From Eledone cirrhosa (taxonomy: Eukaryota): a DNA stretch of 64,000 bases. The stretch spans positions 76,384,001-76,448,000 of the forward strand of contig OZ024740.1 of NCBI GenBank assembly GCA_964016885.1. Direction: 5' to 3'. The notes under the pieces are model-generated. The model was given only the letters and a program-made list of their open reading frames with translations, ran no database searches and was not told where the DNA came from. Positions 43,706-57,410 of this stretch are shown here, piece after piece. The stretch's first letter is position 1. Each line of letters starts with the position of its first letter. Made by a program: the position numbers and the translations under genes.

Positions 43706-44574
43706 AAAAGGTAACAGAAGTAACAGCACAAACGGTACAGTAGATAGATAAATAGATAGATATAAAGACCTTAATGTGATATATATATATATGTATATAT
43801 ATGATATTAAGTGTTTCACTAGATTCCTGTTTTACTGGGGAAAGTACCAAAATGGATGAGATTTTTGTTTTGCCTGAGCAGATTGCGCTGTAATCGGGTC
43901 TATAGCCTTGACATGTATCCCGAGCCACCCATCTATAAAACAGGCAACTGCATAATCTATAGAGAACTTATTATAAAACCTTGTTTTGGAAAAAAAACCC
44001 AAAACAATAATAACATCACATACACTCACATATTTACACACGTGATTATATACCCCACACCATTTACACACGTTCACCATTTACACACGTGATTATATAC
44101 CCCACATGTACCAACATAGAAATATACAATCAAAACATCACATACACAGACACACACACTCACATATACACATACATACACACACAAAACCCAAACCTGA
44201 AAGACTTCTCTTTATACGACACTGGGCATACGAAAAAAACAATAATAACATCACATACACTCACACACATGTTCACCATTTACACCCGTAGTTATATATT
44301 CTCGCATACATCAACATAAAATGTACACAATCAAAACATCGCATACACAGACACACACACTCTCATGTACATATGTATGTATGTTTTTATGGTCCCGTAA
44401 CTCCTGATAGAGTCGAAGGGGCGCCGTATTGACATATGGCGTTTCTTGGGCATTTTAGGTCTGGCGGAGCCCATCTCTCTCCAGGCCTGAGTGCAGCAGA
44501 TTTCTTCCAGAGAAAGATAGAAAGTGAGAGAGGGGAAATGAGAAAGAGACGTAGAGGAAGAATCGACCTCAGTA

Positions 44575-44716
44575 CTAGACTGGTACTTTTTTATCGACCT
44601 CAAAAGGATGAAAGGCAAAGTTGACCTCGGTGGGATTTGAACTCCGAGAGTAGAGAGCCGGAAAAAATACCATAAGGCATTCTATTCGACGTTCTAGCGA
44701 CTTTGCCAATTCGCCG
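44575..44716 (-). mobile_element. tRNA-derived SINE (variant)
   Basis: ggatgaaaggcaaagttgacctcggtgggatttgaactc...gccaattcgcc. Confidence 0.75.
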
Positions 44717-44969
44717 ACAGACATCTCTTCACATGACACTGTGACCATATAGAAGCCAGGCACTCTACCAATTTCTCCCCTTCGACATACACACACACAC
44801 ACCACTACACACATGCCACCACCTTATATCCACCATGTCCCCTCCCCCAGCCTGGACCTTTACCCCGCCATTATTATTTTTATTATTTTATTATTATTAT
44901 TTTATTGTTATTTGTTTTTATTTCCTTCCCTAACTACTCTTTCGTGTATCTGTTCTCCCCCTATCCGAA

Positions 44970-45007
44970 CTTTCCTGAAGAAAGACTTCTGTTCGAAACG
45001 TCGAAAG
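44970..45007 (+). ncRNA. Ultra-minimal hammerhead-like motif in a Penelope-type 3' end
   Basis: ctttc-CTGAAGA-aagac ttct gttc-GAAA-CG-TC-gaaag; a related mutated motif lies on the minus strand at ~45195-45225. Confidence 0.5.
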
Positions 45008-45327
45008 CTCCTCCACTTCCACCAAGCGTGAACCTAATATAAATGTGTAAAAATTGCCCCTCTGTTTTGTTTGTTTCATTTATCAACTATATATATATGT
45101 GTGTGTATGTAGAATTAAAAATAAAAATAACAAAACAAACGGCACAATACAAGAAGAAATATATTAGTTTAACGCTTGAAATAGCAGGAAGAGTCTTAAG
45201 GTTTCGGACAGTCCTTCATAAGAAGACAGAGTTAGAAATAGAAGATAAATAGAAAGTAAAGAGTGATGAGAGGAAGGAAAGGGGAAAATGAGAGAAAAAA
45301 AATATATGTGCGTATTCAGTCGCCCAT

Positions 45328-45407
<80 letters not shown>

Positions 45408-45559
45408 TTGCTTCAGAAATGAATGCAGGTTTTATGTTTCTATTTTTTCAAGCGTTTTAAAAAATAAAATCTAACACAAGTTGTTTTAAATCATGTATCA
45501 CTGTTAAGCCTATTTTATGTTTTTTCTTTCTATGTAAACTATATTTTATATGAATTTCA

Positions 45560-46310
45560 TTTTCAGATCTTTGAATTTAAGATTTATGTCGACCGCAGTG
45601 CTTCACAATCAGCTAGAAAAGTCAATAAAGCTTGGAGCCAAGGATGTATTAATGAATGCATAGTGCAACGTTGGTTTCAAAAATTCCGCCGTGGTGAATT
45701 GATTCTTGAAGATGAGGAATGTCGTGAACATCCTTCTGCTATTGAGGGCGATGAAATGAAAATGTTCGAGAATGCAAATACTGGCAGAAATGTTTGGGAG
45801 ATTGCAGGAGAGATAGCTGTGTGCACGGGAATAATTTCGGAACATTTGAACCGAATTGGAATATCGAAGAAGCCACACGTATTGAAAGAAAAGCAGAAAA
45901 ATCGCTATTATGGCATCTGCTTTTCAATTCTTTTGTGCAACAAAAATGATCCATTTCTTGGTCGCATTCTGACGTGCGATGAGAAGTGGGTCCTATACAG
46001 CAATTTACGATGTTCAGTAACACAGCAGTTGGGTTGAGATGAAGCTCCACTTCCAAAATCCAACGTTGTATCAATAGTGAATGTTCGGTGGTCTGCATCC
46101 GAATTAATTCAGTACAGACCTCTGAATTCTGGCGAAAGAATCTCACAAAGAAGCATTGTCTCGAAATCGATGCAATATATCGAAAATTGCAGCGCATATG
46201 TCAAGCAATGATCAATTAAATAGGTCTAAGCCTCTTGGACGACAACAGCCGACCACACATAGCACAACTAATTCTCTAGAAGTTGAAAAAGTTAGACTAC
46301 GAAACTCCGT
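45560..46310 (+). pseudogene. Degraded mariner-type transposase
   Basis: QRWFQKFRRGELILEDE (HTH) and FLGRILTCDEKWVLY (first catalytic D); frameshifts and stops downstream. Confidence 0.85.
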
Positions 46311-48673
46311 AAACCGTTCCTATCACTGAACAACTGGAACACCCATTCTTCGTCAAATCCAAAGGAAGTTCATTTTTGATTATCTAAACTAGGATATGTT
46401 AACAAATTTACATTAATTTGATTTATAATTTTCTCTTTCTAAAATTGCTCGGAAAATTGAATTAAGAGGAAGAGATGATACTTTAATTTATTGTAAATAT
46501 TAACTTACGATCGGATTATATTTAATTCTCACCTGCTGTTTCTAACTCTTCAGAATTTTCTTTTTTAAGTTCATTATTCACCATAGCTATATTAATACCA
46601 TTAATTGAGAAGGTAATATCTTATACATTTTCAGATAAATCAGTCGTTCATAACATGAATCATCTTACGAAAATGTCTGCTTTGAGTTTACTCTTTTGTT
46701 TCTTTTGCGCCCATCTGTTGACAAGAACACTCAGTCTCTAACGTTGATTCACACCGACGTTCTTTCATCGTGTTTGCTTTATAATCTTGTATATTTTGTT
46801 CGCATGCAAAATGAGATCCTATCTCGATGAATGCCTCATCAACTTTGTTTATAGAACTTTCCAAAAATTCGCAGAAATTCTTTCTTATCACTGCATTTCA
46901 CATTGCTGTGTAAACTTTAATATTTGCCTCTTCACTCATTTTTTCTTCATCTCATCTATCACAATGAAATGCTATATAGTGATTCTTTAGCTGTTTGTCT
47001 CTGGATCAATTCCAACGACAAGTTTAAAATCCATGTTTCTTTTTCTTTTATATATTCTTTTACTGGCTTCAGTTATTAGACTGAATCAGTTCACCAATTT
47101 GTCAGGAAATATACCGGATCAATCGGGTTTAGTCTAATGCTAGAGTTCTCCAGGTGTTTTGGCCAGTCACCTTGTATTGAATCTGAAATCTCTAGTTTCT
47201 GATTTTTGGTGTGTGTGTGTGTGTGTAATAACATGTGACACACTTTACATACGTGTCTATCCATCTTTCCTTAGGGGAAACTTCTCCAGTCGTTATTGAA
47301 TTTACGCTTCCAGAAATGGCTCCCGGAATCGCCTCAAGGGAGAGTTGAACTTTAGCCAAGTGGGTTAAAGTAACATTAGATAGAATATATGTACCTCTTT
47401 CATCGCCCTAAACATTTCAACTGACGGCAAAGCGTTGCATATTTCAATTAACCGAAACGTGAATAAAGAACGTGTGATTAGATTTCTGAAACACTTTAGA
47501 GATGATATAATTGGTTAATCATATTGCAAAAGAATGCAGAATACATGTGTAGAAAGAGGATTATGACATTTTAAACTGTTTATCTTTTATGAATTAGACA
47601 GAACATGTTATTTATAAAGAAGAAGAAGAAGAAGAAGAAGAAGAAGAAGAAGAAGAAGAAGAAGAAGAAGAAGAAGAAGAAGAACAACAACAACAACAAC
47701 AACAACAACAACCATGTAAAAATAAAAACATATGTAACATCTGACAAAATAGAAAAATAAAAGTATTTCAATAGATGTAATGTCAAAGTTTCTTATTGAT
47801 GAGAACACTGACAAGATGGCGTCATCAGACACACATGAAAATATAAATTTCAAAACTAACTCGCTAAATATATATAGAAGATACCGTTAAAATATATTAA
47901 CTAACAAAAGATAAACGAAAAAAACAATGAAAAATTGGTTCTTTGATGTGTTTGCCGAAGAGGCAGGGAAGTGAAGAAAAAGTAAGAACAACAATAAAAA
48001 CAACAAAAACAACAACAACAACAATAACAACAACAACAACAACAAAACCAACAACAACAACAGTAATAATAGTAGTAATGATAAATAAAGGAGTTTATAT
48101 AAGTGAAATACAGAAGATTGCATTCTTTTCCGTTTGTGATGTTACTGCTTAAAATGCAGTTTGTAAATGAGTTATGCCAGTTGGCGGAAACTGTTGAGAA
48201 TGTGATTAGTGAAGCAGAAAATTTCTCTGTTGAAGAGGTTAACGGAAGTGGTCCGAACGGAAGTCGTCAACTCGATGCATGACCCCCCCACCCTCTCTTT
48301 AAAAAAACAGCAATAAAAATATCGAAAAATCAAAACAAGAAAATAGAATACAAGTGAAAAGTAGATATTAGTAAGGTAAAACAGCACTAACTACAACAAA
48401 TCAACAACAACAATAACAACTACACCAACATTTTACAGCATATAAACAAAAGTAACAACAACAACAACAACAACAGTAACAACTACTACAATAACAATGA
48501 TACCATCAGTGACAACAACAAATGCAACATTAATATTAATAATCTGAAATACAACATAGATAGTAAAAAATAACGCAAACGAAGTATTCGTATTAAACAC
48601 ACACATGTTTATGTATATAAATATATATATATATTTATGTATGTGGGTGTGTATATATATATATATATATATA

Positions 48674-48846
48674 TAGGAAAAGGAAAAAGTATGACCCCCG
48701 ACGGCAGAGCTCAAGCCGTTTCGACGGCTATATCTGTCCAGAAATAGCCGTCGAAAATACTTTTTCCTTTTTCCCACTCTACTACCCTAAGTATTGAATA
48801 CTCTGGTGCGTTATGGTCCATCTGGTTCCTTACCACAATTCCTTTG
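48674..48846. mobile_element. Family P fold-back element
   Basis: gtttcgacggcta / tagccgtcgaaa with a deletion in the long arm; tail ends ccacaattcctttg. Confidence 0.8.
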
Positions 48847-49453
48847 ATATATATATATATAAGTGTCTGTGTACATATATATATATATATATATACATAT
48901 TCAATCATATATATGTATGTGTTCGTACACACAAATGTATACATATATATATATATACATTCACACATACATACATACATGCATACATACTTGTGCGTCT
49001 GTGTGTTTCTTTTTGCTTCCCTTTTTCTCCTTACTTTTCTGTTACACACGCACACACACACACACACGCACACATGCACACACATCAACAACAACAACAA
49101 CAACAACAACAAATTTTTAAGGGTAAGCAACAAGAACATAAACGCCAAAAAAAATATGAGTAGGATTCAAATTGAGTACCAAAAGTGGAAGGAACGGGAT
49201 GAAAGGAAGAGAGGAAAGAGAGAGCGGGAAAAAGTGAGTGTGTGTGTGTGGGGGGGGGGGGGGGTAAAGTACAGAGACAGCGTAACAGAGAGAGAAGGAA
49301 GGTGAGAACGAGGGATATATACATATATATATATATATAATATATATGTATGTGTTTATACATATGTATATATATAAATATATATGTGTGTGTTTATATA
49401 TATATATATCTTTATATATCTGTGTATATATATATATACATATATATATATAA

Positions 49454-49501
<48 letters not shown>

Positions 49502-49557
49502 TATATATGTGTATATACATATATATATATGTGTGTGTGTGTGTATATATATTTTTA

Positions 49558-49669
<112 letters not shown>

Positions 49670-50098
49670 ATATATATACATATATGTGTGTGTGTGTGTT
49701 TATATATATATATGTTTATATATCTGTATATATATCTCTATATATATACACATATATAGATATTTATATAAGTGTATATAATACATGTATATATATATGT
49801 GTGTGTGTGTTTGTGCGTGTGTGTGTGGTTTTGTGTAAGTGTATATTATCATAGGCATATATATTTATATGTGTGTGTATATATATATATATATATGCTT
49901 GAGTGTAAGTGTGTGTATGTGTGTGTGTGTGTGTGAGTGTGAGTGTGTGTGTGTGTGTATATATATATATATGCTTGAGTGTGTGTGTGTGTGTGTGTGT
50001 ATATACTTAAGTGTGAGTGTGTGTGTGTGTGTGTATACTTAAGTGTGAGTGTATGTGTGTGTGTATACTTAAGTGTGAGTGTGTGTGTGTGTATACTT

Positions 50099-50180
<82 letters not shown>

Positions 50181-50406
50181 GTGTACATGAGAGACAGTGA
50201 GGGGTGGTGGCATAGACATGAATCTTTACGAAAATGTGTTGCTGGCGTTGGATGTGAAGTTAGTTGTGAAAATATCGGTGAAGGAATTTCTGAAACAATT
50301 GAAAGCCGTAACAAGACCGACTTTGTCTTAGTAAACGACAACAACAACAACAATAGCAGCGGTAGCAGCAAGAGCACTAATAGAACAACAAAACAATAAC
50401 AACTGC

Positions 50407-50466
<60 letters not shown>

Positions 50467-51045
50467 AAAAAGAAGAAAAAAAAAAAAGGTGAAGAAGAAG
50501 AAAAAAGAAGAAAAAGAAGAAATAAAGAAGATGAAGAAGCAAAAGAAAAGAAGAAAAAAAGAAGAAGAAGAGAAAGAAGATGATGAATAAAAAGATGATG
50601 ATGATGATGAACAACAACAACAACAATAGCAAAGAAAGAAAAATTAAAATCAAAAATTCCACCCATAAATGTAATAATAATAATAACAAATAATTACAAA
50701 AACCACACCAACGACAAAAAAAAAGAAAGAAAGAACAGCAAGAAGAACAACAGCGACAATAAGAATAATAACAATTGATAATGGAGGGATAAAATCAACA
50801 AACAAAAGAAAATACAAGAAACACAGCCGAGCTACAAGAAAAATAGAAACCAAATAACAACAGTAGCACTGTGAGCAATGGAAACCAATAATAAAAAAGA
50901 CTAGTAGTAAGAAAAGGGGCAACAATTACTAATAAACAAACATATGAAACTAAAACAACAGCAACTATTATAACAATATTTCCGGTGCCTCAATGATGTT
51001 TAAGGCTCTTAAAGACAATATATAGGTAGGGAGGTAGGTAGGCTG

Positions 51046-51138
<93 letters not shown>

Positions 51139-51467
51139 AAGAGAGAGAGAGCGCGAGAGATAGATAGATAGATAGATATGTAGGTAGGTAGATAGGTAGG
51201 TAGATGGGTAGGTAGCTAGATAGATAGGTAGATAAATTTCTTTATTAGCCTCAAGGGCACAAAAGAGGGGAACGAATACAAATGGGGAGTTTACATACAG
51301 GTATATGAAAATAAAACTATTAATAAAATAACAAATAACAATTGATATCCCCAATAGGGGGGAGGCGTTACACAGGGGTTGTACACATCCCGAAAAAATG
51401 TACAACCCTCATCTCCAGGATCACCAAGAGTGAGTACTCCCTTCCTCTCTTCCTCTTTTTCCTCAAC

Positions 51468-54400
51468 CTACAGGCTTATATAGAGAGAAGGCCCGACCAC
51501 TCGGGCCATCTTTGCCACATTCACCCACCTTTTATAAAATTTGCTGGGGTACAGCACCTCTCTCTCCATCCTGATTTTTCTTCCAAAATGATATTTGAAA
51601 AAACGAATCAGTTGCTCGCCGGAGAGAAAGGTGTCTGACCTCAGCCCTTTTAACCTCGTCCACCATATAACCTCTTTCACCATAGCCATAACACATAGAA
51701 AAACCGCCTCTCCCTCGTTTTTGAAGGAGGGTGGCGGTTTATCATGACAATGGACTCGGTGGTCAACTGGATTGGTCCCACCCGCGACAATAGTCGTTCT
51801 ACATAGCTCCACAGGTCGGTAACGTCCGGGCAGTGTACAAATGCGTGTGCGACGGTTTCCTCGTCGCGCACGCATCTCGGACAGATCTTTTTTGAAGGGT
51901 CCCTACCCGGGCGCCCGTGTCTGTAGAACTTGTCTCAAACTGGTAGAGCTCCTCGGTAGCACTGCCAGACCAGGGACTTTTGGAAGTTGTCCATTGGTCA
52001 CGGGCGGAAGGTCCTACCGAACAGACTGGCCAGTTCGTCCTCCTCTACGCCCAGAGTTTCTCCGAGCGTGTCGTCGCACTTGCTGCGGACCAACCCTCTA
52101 TAGAATGTTGAAGTGGAGACTCCACTGATCGCCGGGTCCGTTTGCCAGAGGACTGTGAGCGCCTGAGCACAATCGATGTGCCAGTCGCCTATTTTCCATT
52201 TTCCTCGGTCTTTGCTTGACCCAGGACAGCAGCTCGGTCAGCGAGACGAGTCGTGGGAAGGCTCGCCTTACGAACGGGCCCCACACTGGTTCTCTGGTGA
52301 GAAATACGTGGATGTGCCGCAGCATGAGCGCGTGTTTGCGCATCGTCAGCCCCGGCATCCCCATCCCTCCGTTTGAAGGGTGTTGGCAGCAGATGGATCT
52401 TCTCACCAAAGGTGCCCGTTTCTTCCAAAGGAATTGGAAGAGCGCGCGCTCCATTTTGGTGAGCGTTTGGGCTGGACAAGGCACGGCGGTCAAGCGATAG
52501 TAGATGACGGACGCTATAAAAGTGTTCGCCACCTCCGCTCGACCTTTCAAGGATAGTTTGCACTCGGCCTATTTCTGGGTGAGCGCAAACACCTTGGCCA
52601 TAACCTCGTTCCAGTTCTTCTCCACCTGGAGGTCCGGACCAAACCAGACCCCGAGCAGCTTTACCGGTCCTTCCGTCCAGCGTCCGACTACGTTGCACGT
52701 TCCGAGTTGCAAACCGACGGATTTGTCCCGGTGCAGCTTCGCTCCTGTGAACCTTTCGTATTCCTCCAGTAAGGTACCGATCTCCCCGATTTGCGAGGTG
52801 CTCGACACAATTACAGTCACGTCGCAGTCCCGGTTCCAAAGGGTTGCCCTTCAATAGCTCCAACTTCCGCAGTAGTGGCTCGAGTGTCAGTACGTACAGA
52901 AGGGAGGAGAGAGGGCATCTCTCTCGGATGGATCGCGTGATATGGAACGACTCCGAGAAGTAGCCGTTCGCCTTGACCCTTGAGCAGATGTTGCTGCTGT
53001 GCATTGCAGCAATCCAGCCCCTGAACACGGGTCCGAAGCCTGCCGCCTCGAGCACCGCATCCAGGTAACGATGGTCAACCCTATCGAAAGTCTTAGACAG
53101 CTCCAAGTTGATCAGGGCCCCACCGAATCCGGGTTTACACCCTACCCTCTCTATGATGTATCGCATGAGGCGGAGGTTGTCGTGTATGGACCTGGTCGGG
53201 ATTGCGCATGTCTGCGCTTCTCCCACCATGTTTTCAACGAAAAGCGCCAGCCTCTTTGCCAACACCTTGACCAAAATCTGCAACTCTGTGTTGAACAGAG
53301 TTATGGGCCGGAAGTTGCCTATGTCACCCCCCTTATTCTCGTCGTTCCTTACTAACCTGATTACGCCCTTGGTCACAGAACTGGGAATTCTCCCGTTTTG
53401 CTGCCAGTTGCAGTAGACCGCTTCCAGGAGACCGAAGAACAAGTGCGGCATTGCTACGTAAAATTCGTAGGGTAGACCATCGAGACCTGGAGTATTGTGT
53501 GTGCCGCATTGGCTCAGCGCCTCCGCTATCTCAGCTGCCGAAATCAGCCTTTCGCAGAACTTCGCCTCGCTGTCCGAGAGTCGCGGTAGGCCGTCGAGGT
53601 ATGGACCGAAATCCATACCCCTCCCGCCGCGCCGCCCTGCCCGAACAGTTGAGCAAAGTGCCGCTGAAAGGCCGCGCACATTTGCTTCGGCTCACGTATC
53701 ACGCGCCCATCTTGGTCCTTCAAAGACCGAATCGTGGACTAGTTGCCACTTTTCGAAGAACTGGTCCAAGGCCGTTCTCGTCGCCAGCACGCTGGCTACG
53801 TTGCCACTCCTAATTGCCTCTTCTACTTTATCTACCAGTTTCTTTTTCGGTCTTATTTCTATCTAACACTAATTCTTTACTAAAACCTATCGAGTCTAAT
53901 CTAACTGCCCTCTTGAGAGAGTACCACCATCTGTTTTTGTCAATGACCCCCGTCAAGTGCTGCTTAACTAAAGTGCTAATCCGTCTACTGTAGGCTTTGC
54001 ATGTCGGTAACGACAATTTCAGCTTCCATTAGCCGGGTCCCTGTCTATGGGTTTTGTCAAGGTTGACTAAGCAGGTCACTAATTTGTGATCTGAATAGGC
54101 AACCATGAACATTTGTGGACAGCTTAACATGTCCCTATCCTTATTTCTAACTAGAACCCTATGTAGGTACGATCTAGATGTTCCGCTAAGATTAGTCCAC
54201 GTCCACAGTGGCACAGTCGGAAAATCTAGTCGATATCTATCGGCCAGGTCAAATCGGCCGATTAACTGTTTGAGGCTGTTACACCCCACTCTCTCGGGAC
54301 ATGCTCCCACATAGTCCCAACGTGCATCTAGGATTCCATTCCAGTCCCCCACTAACAGCAGGGAGGGGACGTTCCCAGAAAAGTCTCTAGACGTTTGAAG

Positions 54401-54766
54401 AAGTCTGGTCGCGGTGTCCCGGATGGGGCATATGCGGCCACCAGCCTGAAGGCTCCACCTTCACTACCGTCAACGTCTAGGACCACCAGTCGACCCTCCG
54501 GGTCCAGATGTACCGTCTGTGTTACGAGGTCCAGATGTTTCCGCAACAAAACGGCAACCCCCACCCCCACCTCCCGGCTGACAGAGAGATGCGTAGATCT
54601 CAAAGTCGTCGAAGATGGGGGCCAGTTGTCGCTCGCTGTGGATCCTGGACTCGCAAATGGCTACTACATTCATACTGTGCGACCTGAGGTCGTTTAAGAG
54701 TTTGCCCTGTTTCCAGGGCATCTCCAGGCCGCGTACATTCACACATCCAACTCTTATATTGGCCAT
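51468..54766 (-). pseudogene. Copy A ORF2 (APE endonuclease, RT, C-terminal zinc finger), frameshifted
   Basis: MANIRVGCVNVRGL, GDWN, SDHK, PGLDGLPYEFY, NFRPITL, FDRVDH, CPLSSLLY; the YADD region is deleted. Confidence 0.9.
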
Positions 54767-54781
54767 GTTGGTGATGAAAAG

Positions 54782-56783
54782 TTAAAAGAAGAGGAAAAAA
54801 AAATCACCCACCTCTTCGTTTCCTGGGGACCAGGCTGCACAATTTCCATGGGGGTGTTGGAGGGGTTGTTTGATGGGGTGGTGGTCTCTGGCGGAGTGGG
54901 GATGGAGATGTTGGTGGGGAAGGGGTGTCAGGTGAGGTGGGGGTGTCTGGGGTGGGATTGTCTGGATGGGGGTGGGGAAACATTTCAAAAGGATGCGGTT
55001 ATAGGGTTTGACGCAGGGGTTACCTACGTCGTTAGGAAATTTTTCTTTTAACTGTTTATGTGTCTCCATGGAGATCCTAATCATTTTAAGATTAGGATTC
55101 TCCGAAGAGTGTGTAAAAGTTTTCCCTTTGGTCTCCACCGAAGGGTTTTTATATATGGTGTCTCTGTTGAAGTTTTATTGTTAGTATTTATGTAGGTGTA
55201 ACATTTTTGTTGTGTTGTTCTTTTTCTGTGGTTCTTGTGTGTGTTTACGTTTTGTAGTAGGTGTTTTGTTTTCAGGAGGGGTGTTTTTGTTTTTACTGTT
55301 TGCGTCGCTTGTATTGGTGTTTGTGTGTTTGTTGCATTTTTGTTTGTGTTATGTCTTTTCTTTATTCTTTTTAGTGGTCGGAAAGGCTCTCCCTCATCGT
55401 CACCAAGTGACGATGATGAGGCCTCATCTCTGTTGTTGGGGGTGGGGTACATTTTGGGGAGCTGTTATGTGTGTGGGTGTTTCTGGAGTTGTTTTAGGTG
55501 GGGAGGGGTTGGATGGGACTGTGTTTGCAGTTTGGTTTGTTTTTGTGTGTTGTTGTTGTGTGTTGGGTGTCGGCAGTGGTGCCTTTTTTTAAATGCAGTT
55601 AATTGATGACAGGAAGCCCTCAGGTGACCACTGCTTAAACAGTGGTAACCTGAAGGCCGCCTACTCTCAACAGAAATGTTTATGTAGGAATTCCCATCCA
55701 GAGGCACACGTGGTATTCTAGCTATCCGTTCTGGTCTCATTTGGACCAGAACTTCTAAGCTTGTACCGTTGAATATGCCCCTGGAGGACTTTCCTACCGA
55801 AATTACTGTATCTTCATCAAAATTGATGAAACCAGCTCATATCCACCAGATGTTTACATTTGGTGTGATATTTGTTACTTTTATTTTTGGGGTCCTTTTT
55901 CCCATATATGTGGGGTAAAAGGTGTAGAGGGGGGACACAATTGGCGACACAGAATATTTCTGTGCCGTCAATTGGTCTTTCATTATTATTAGGGCGGTGA
56001 ATTGGCAGTATCGGTAGAGGGTCGGACATCTTTTCAAGCATAGTTACGTCCCTTTACGATCTGAGTTCAAATCCCGCCGAGGTTGACTTTAGCCTTTCAT
56101 CCTTACGGGGTCGATAAAATAAAGTACCAGTAATGCACTGGGTAATTGCTGGCCTTCTGCCTAAAGTAGAAACAATTATTATTAGGGCGGTGAATTGGCA
56201 GTATCGGTAGAGGGTCGGACATCTTTTCCAGCATAGTTACGTCCCTTTACGATCTGAGTTCAAATCCCGCCGAGGTTAACTTTGCCTTTCATCCATACAG
56301 AGGTCGATAAAATAAAGTACCAGTAATGTACTGGGTAATTGCTGGCCTTGTGCCAAAAGTAGAAACAATTATTATTGATAAACTCCCGAAGAGTTTTCCC
56401 TTCTGTATGAAGGTAATGTCCTTCGTGGAGTTTCTTAGAACCAGCTCAATTTCGTTTTGAGTTAATTGAGCTGGTTTTCTGGTGGTATTTGAGATTGTCC
56501 TAAAAACTATGGTTTTCAGGACAGTGTCTCTACGCAATTCTTGGGGAGAAGTAATGCTAAAAGCGCCATTCTCCCCCAAAGTTATATATTGCTTGGCATC
56601 TCTTAGCAATTCTCTGGCATTAGAGATGTCAATCTGTGTATATAGTTCTGTCTTTTGGGCAGTTTGTGCAAAGAAAACTTTTTTTCCTTGTTTGTGGAGT
56701 TGTTCTTGTTGGTGTTGTTGTCATTATTGTTGCTGCTGTTGGCGTTGTTATCATCATTGTTGCTGTTGTTGTTGTTGTTGTCA

Positions 56784-56864
<81 letters not shown>

Positions 56865-57143
56865 TTTGTAGTTCTCAATTGCTTGATCTGTGGTTGCGGA
56901 ATTCATTTGTGAAGTTGTGTTTTCGTTCATAGCATTGTTGTTATTGTTGTTGCTGGTGCCGCTGGTTGTGTTGTTTTGGTTTGTTGCCATGGCAACGTCA
57001 AGTTGTCGGTCAGCAGGTGGAGAAAAATCCTTCCTCTGGCTAACCTTTGTCTTTGACATCTGCTTCTATGACAGTGGCAGGGGAAGCTGTAAGCATATCT
57101 TCCCCTTTCCTCCTTCGAATGTTGGTGAAGAAGCTTCAGCCAT
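54782..57143 (-). pseudogene. Copy A ORF1 (gag-like), frameshifted and SINE-interrupted
   Basis: Zinc knuckle GYHCLSSGHLRASC (first Cys mutated relative to copy C), (AAC)n tract near the N terminus, homology to copy C ORF1. Confidence 0.8.
55992..56376 (+). mobile_element. Two tandem full tRNA-SINEs inserted in copy A ORF1
   Basis: 55992-56183 and 56185-56376, with attatt on both sides. Confidence 0.92.
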
Positions 57144-57410
57144 TTTTTTTAAATGTTAGCTTTTCCAAAAAAAAACTATTTATGTACTATTTCGCCTAAA
57201 GGCGTAGAATATTTTGAGAGACTGACCAGATCAAAATTTGACCTGGCAGTCCCTCTACAAATTGGTATAAAAATGAAGTTTCACAGTTAGGAATTTCTAT
57301 AGAAATTTAGGCAGAGCTTACCCAGCAAGTTTCACGCGTATGTCCATCCCAGAGACAGAGATAGATAGATAGAAAGGTAGATATATAGATAGATTGATAT
57401 ATTATCAGAT

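Larger units (their letters stand above)
51235..57352 (-). mobile_element. Full-length but disrupted L1-clade/Tx1-like retrotransposon (copy A)
   Basis: 5' UTR, gag-like ORF1, APE-RT ORF2, and a 3' UTR with AATAAA running into (ATCT)n. Confidence 0.93.

Noticed and set aside
48160-48282. Possible terminal exon after atgcag reading FVNELCQLAETVENVISEAENF...
   Set aside because: Short and unrecognised; similar weak candidates near 30960, 32260 and 50218 are also unsupported.
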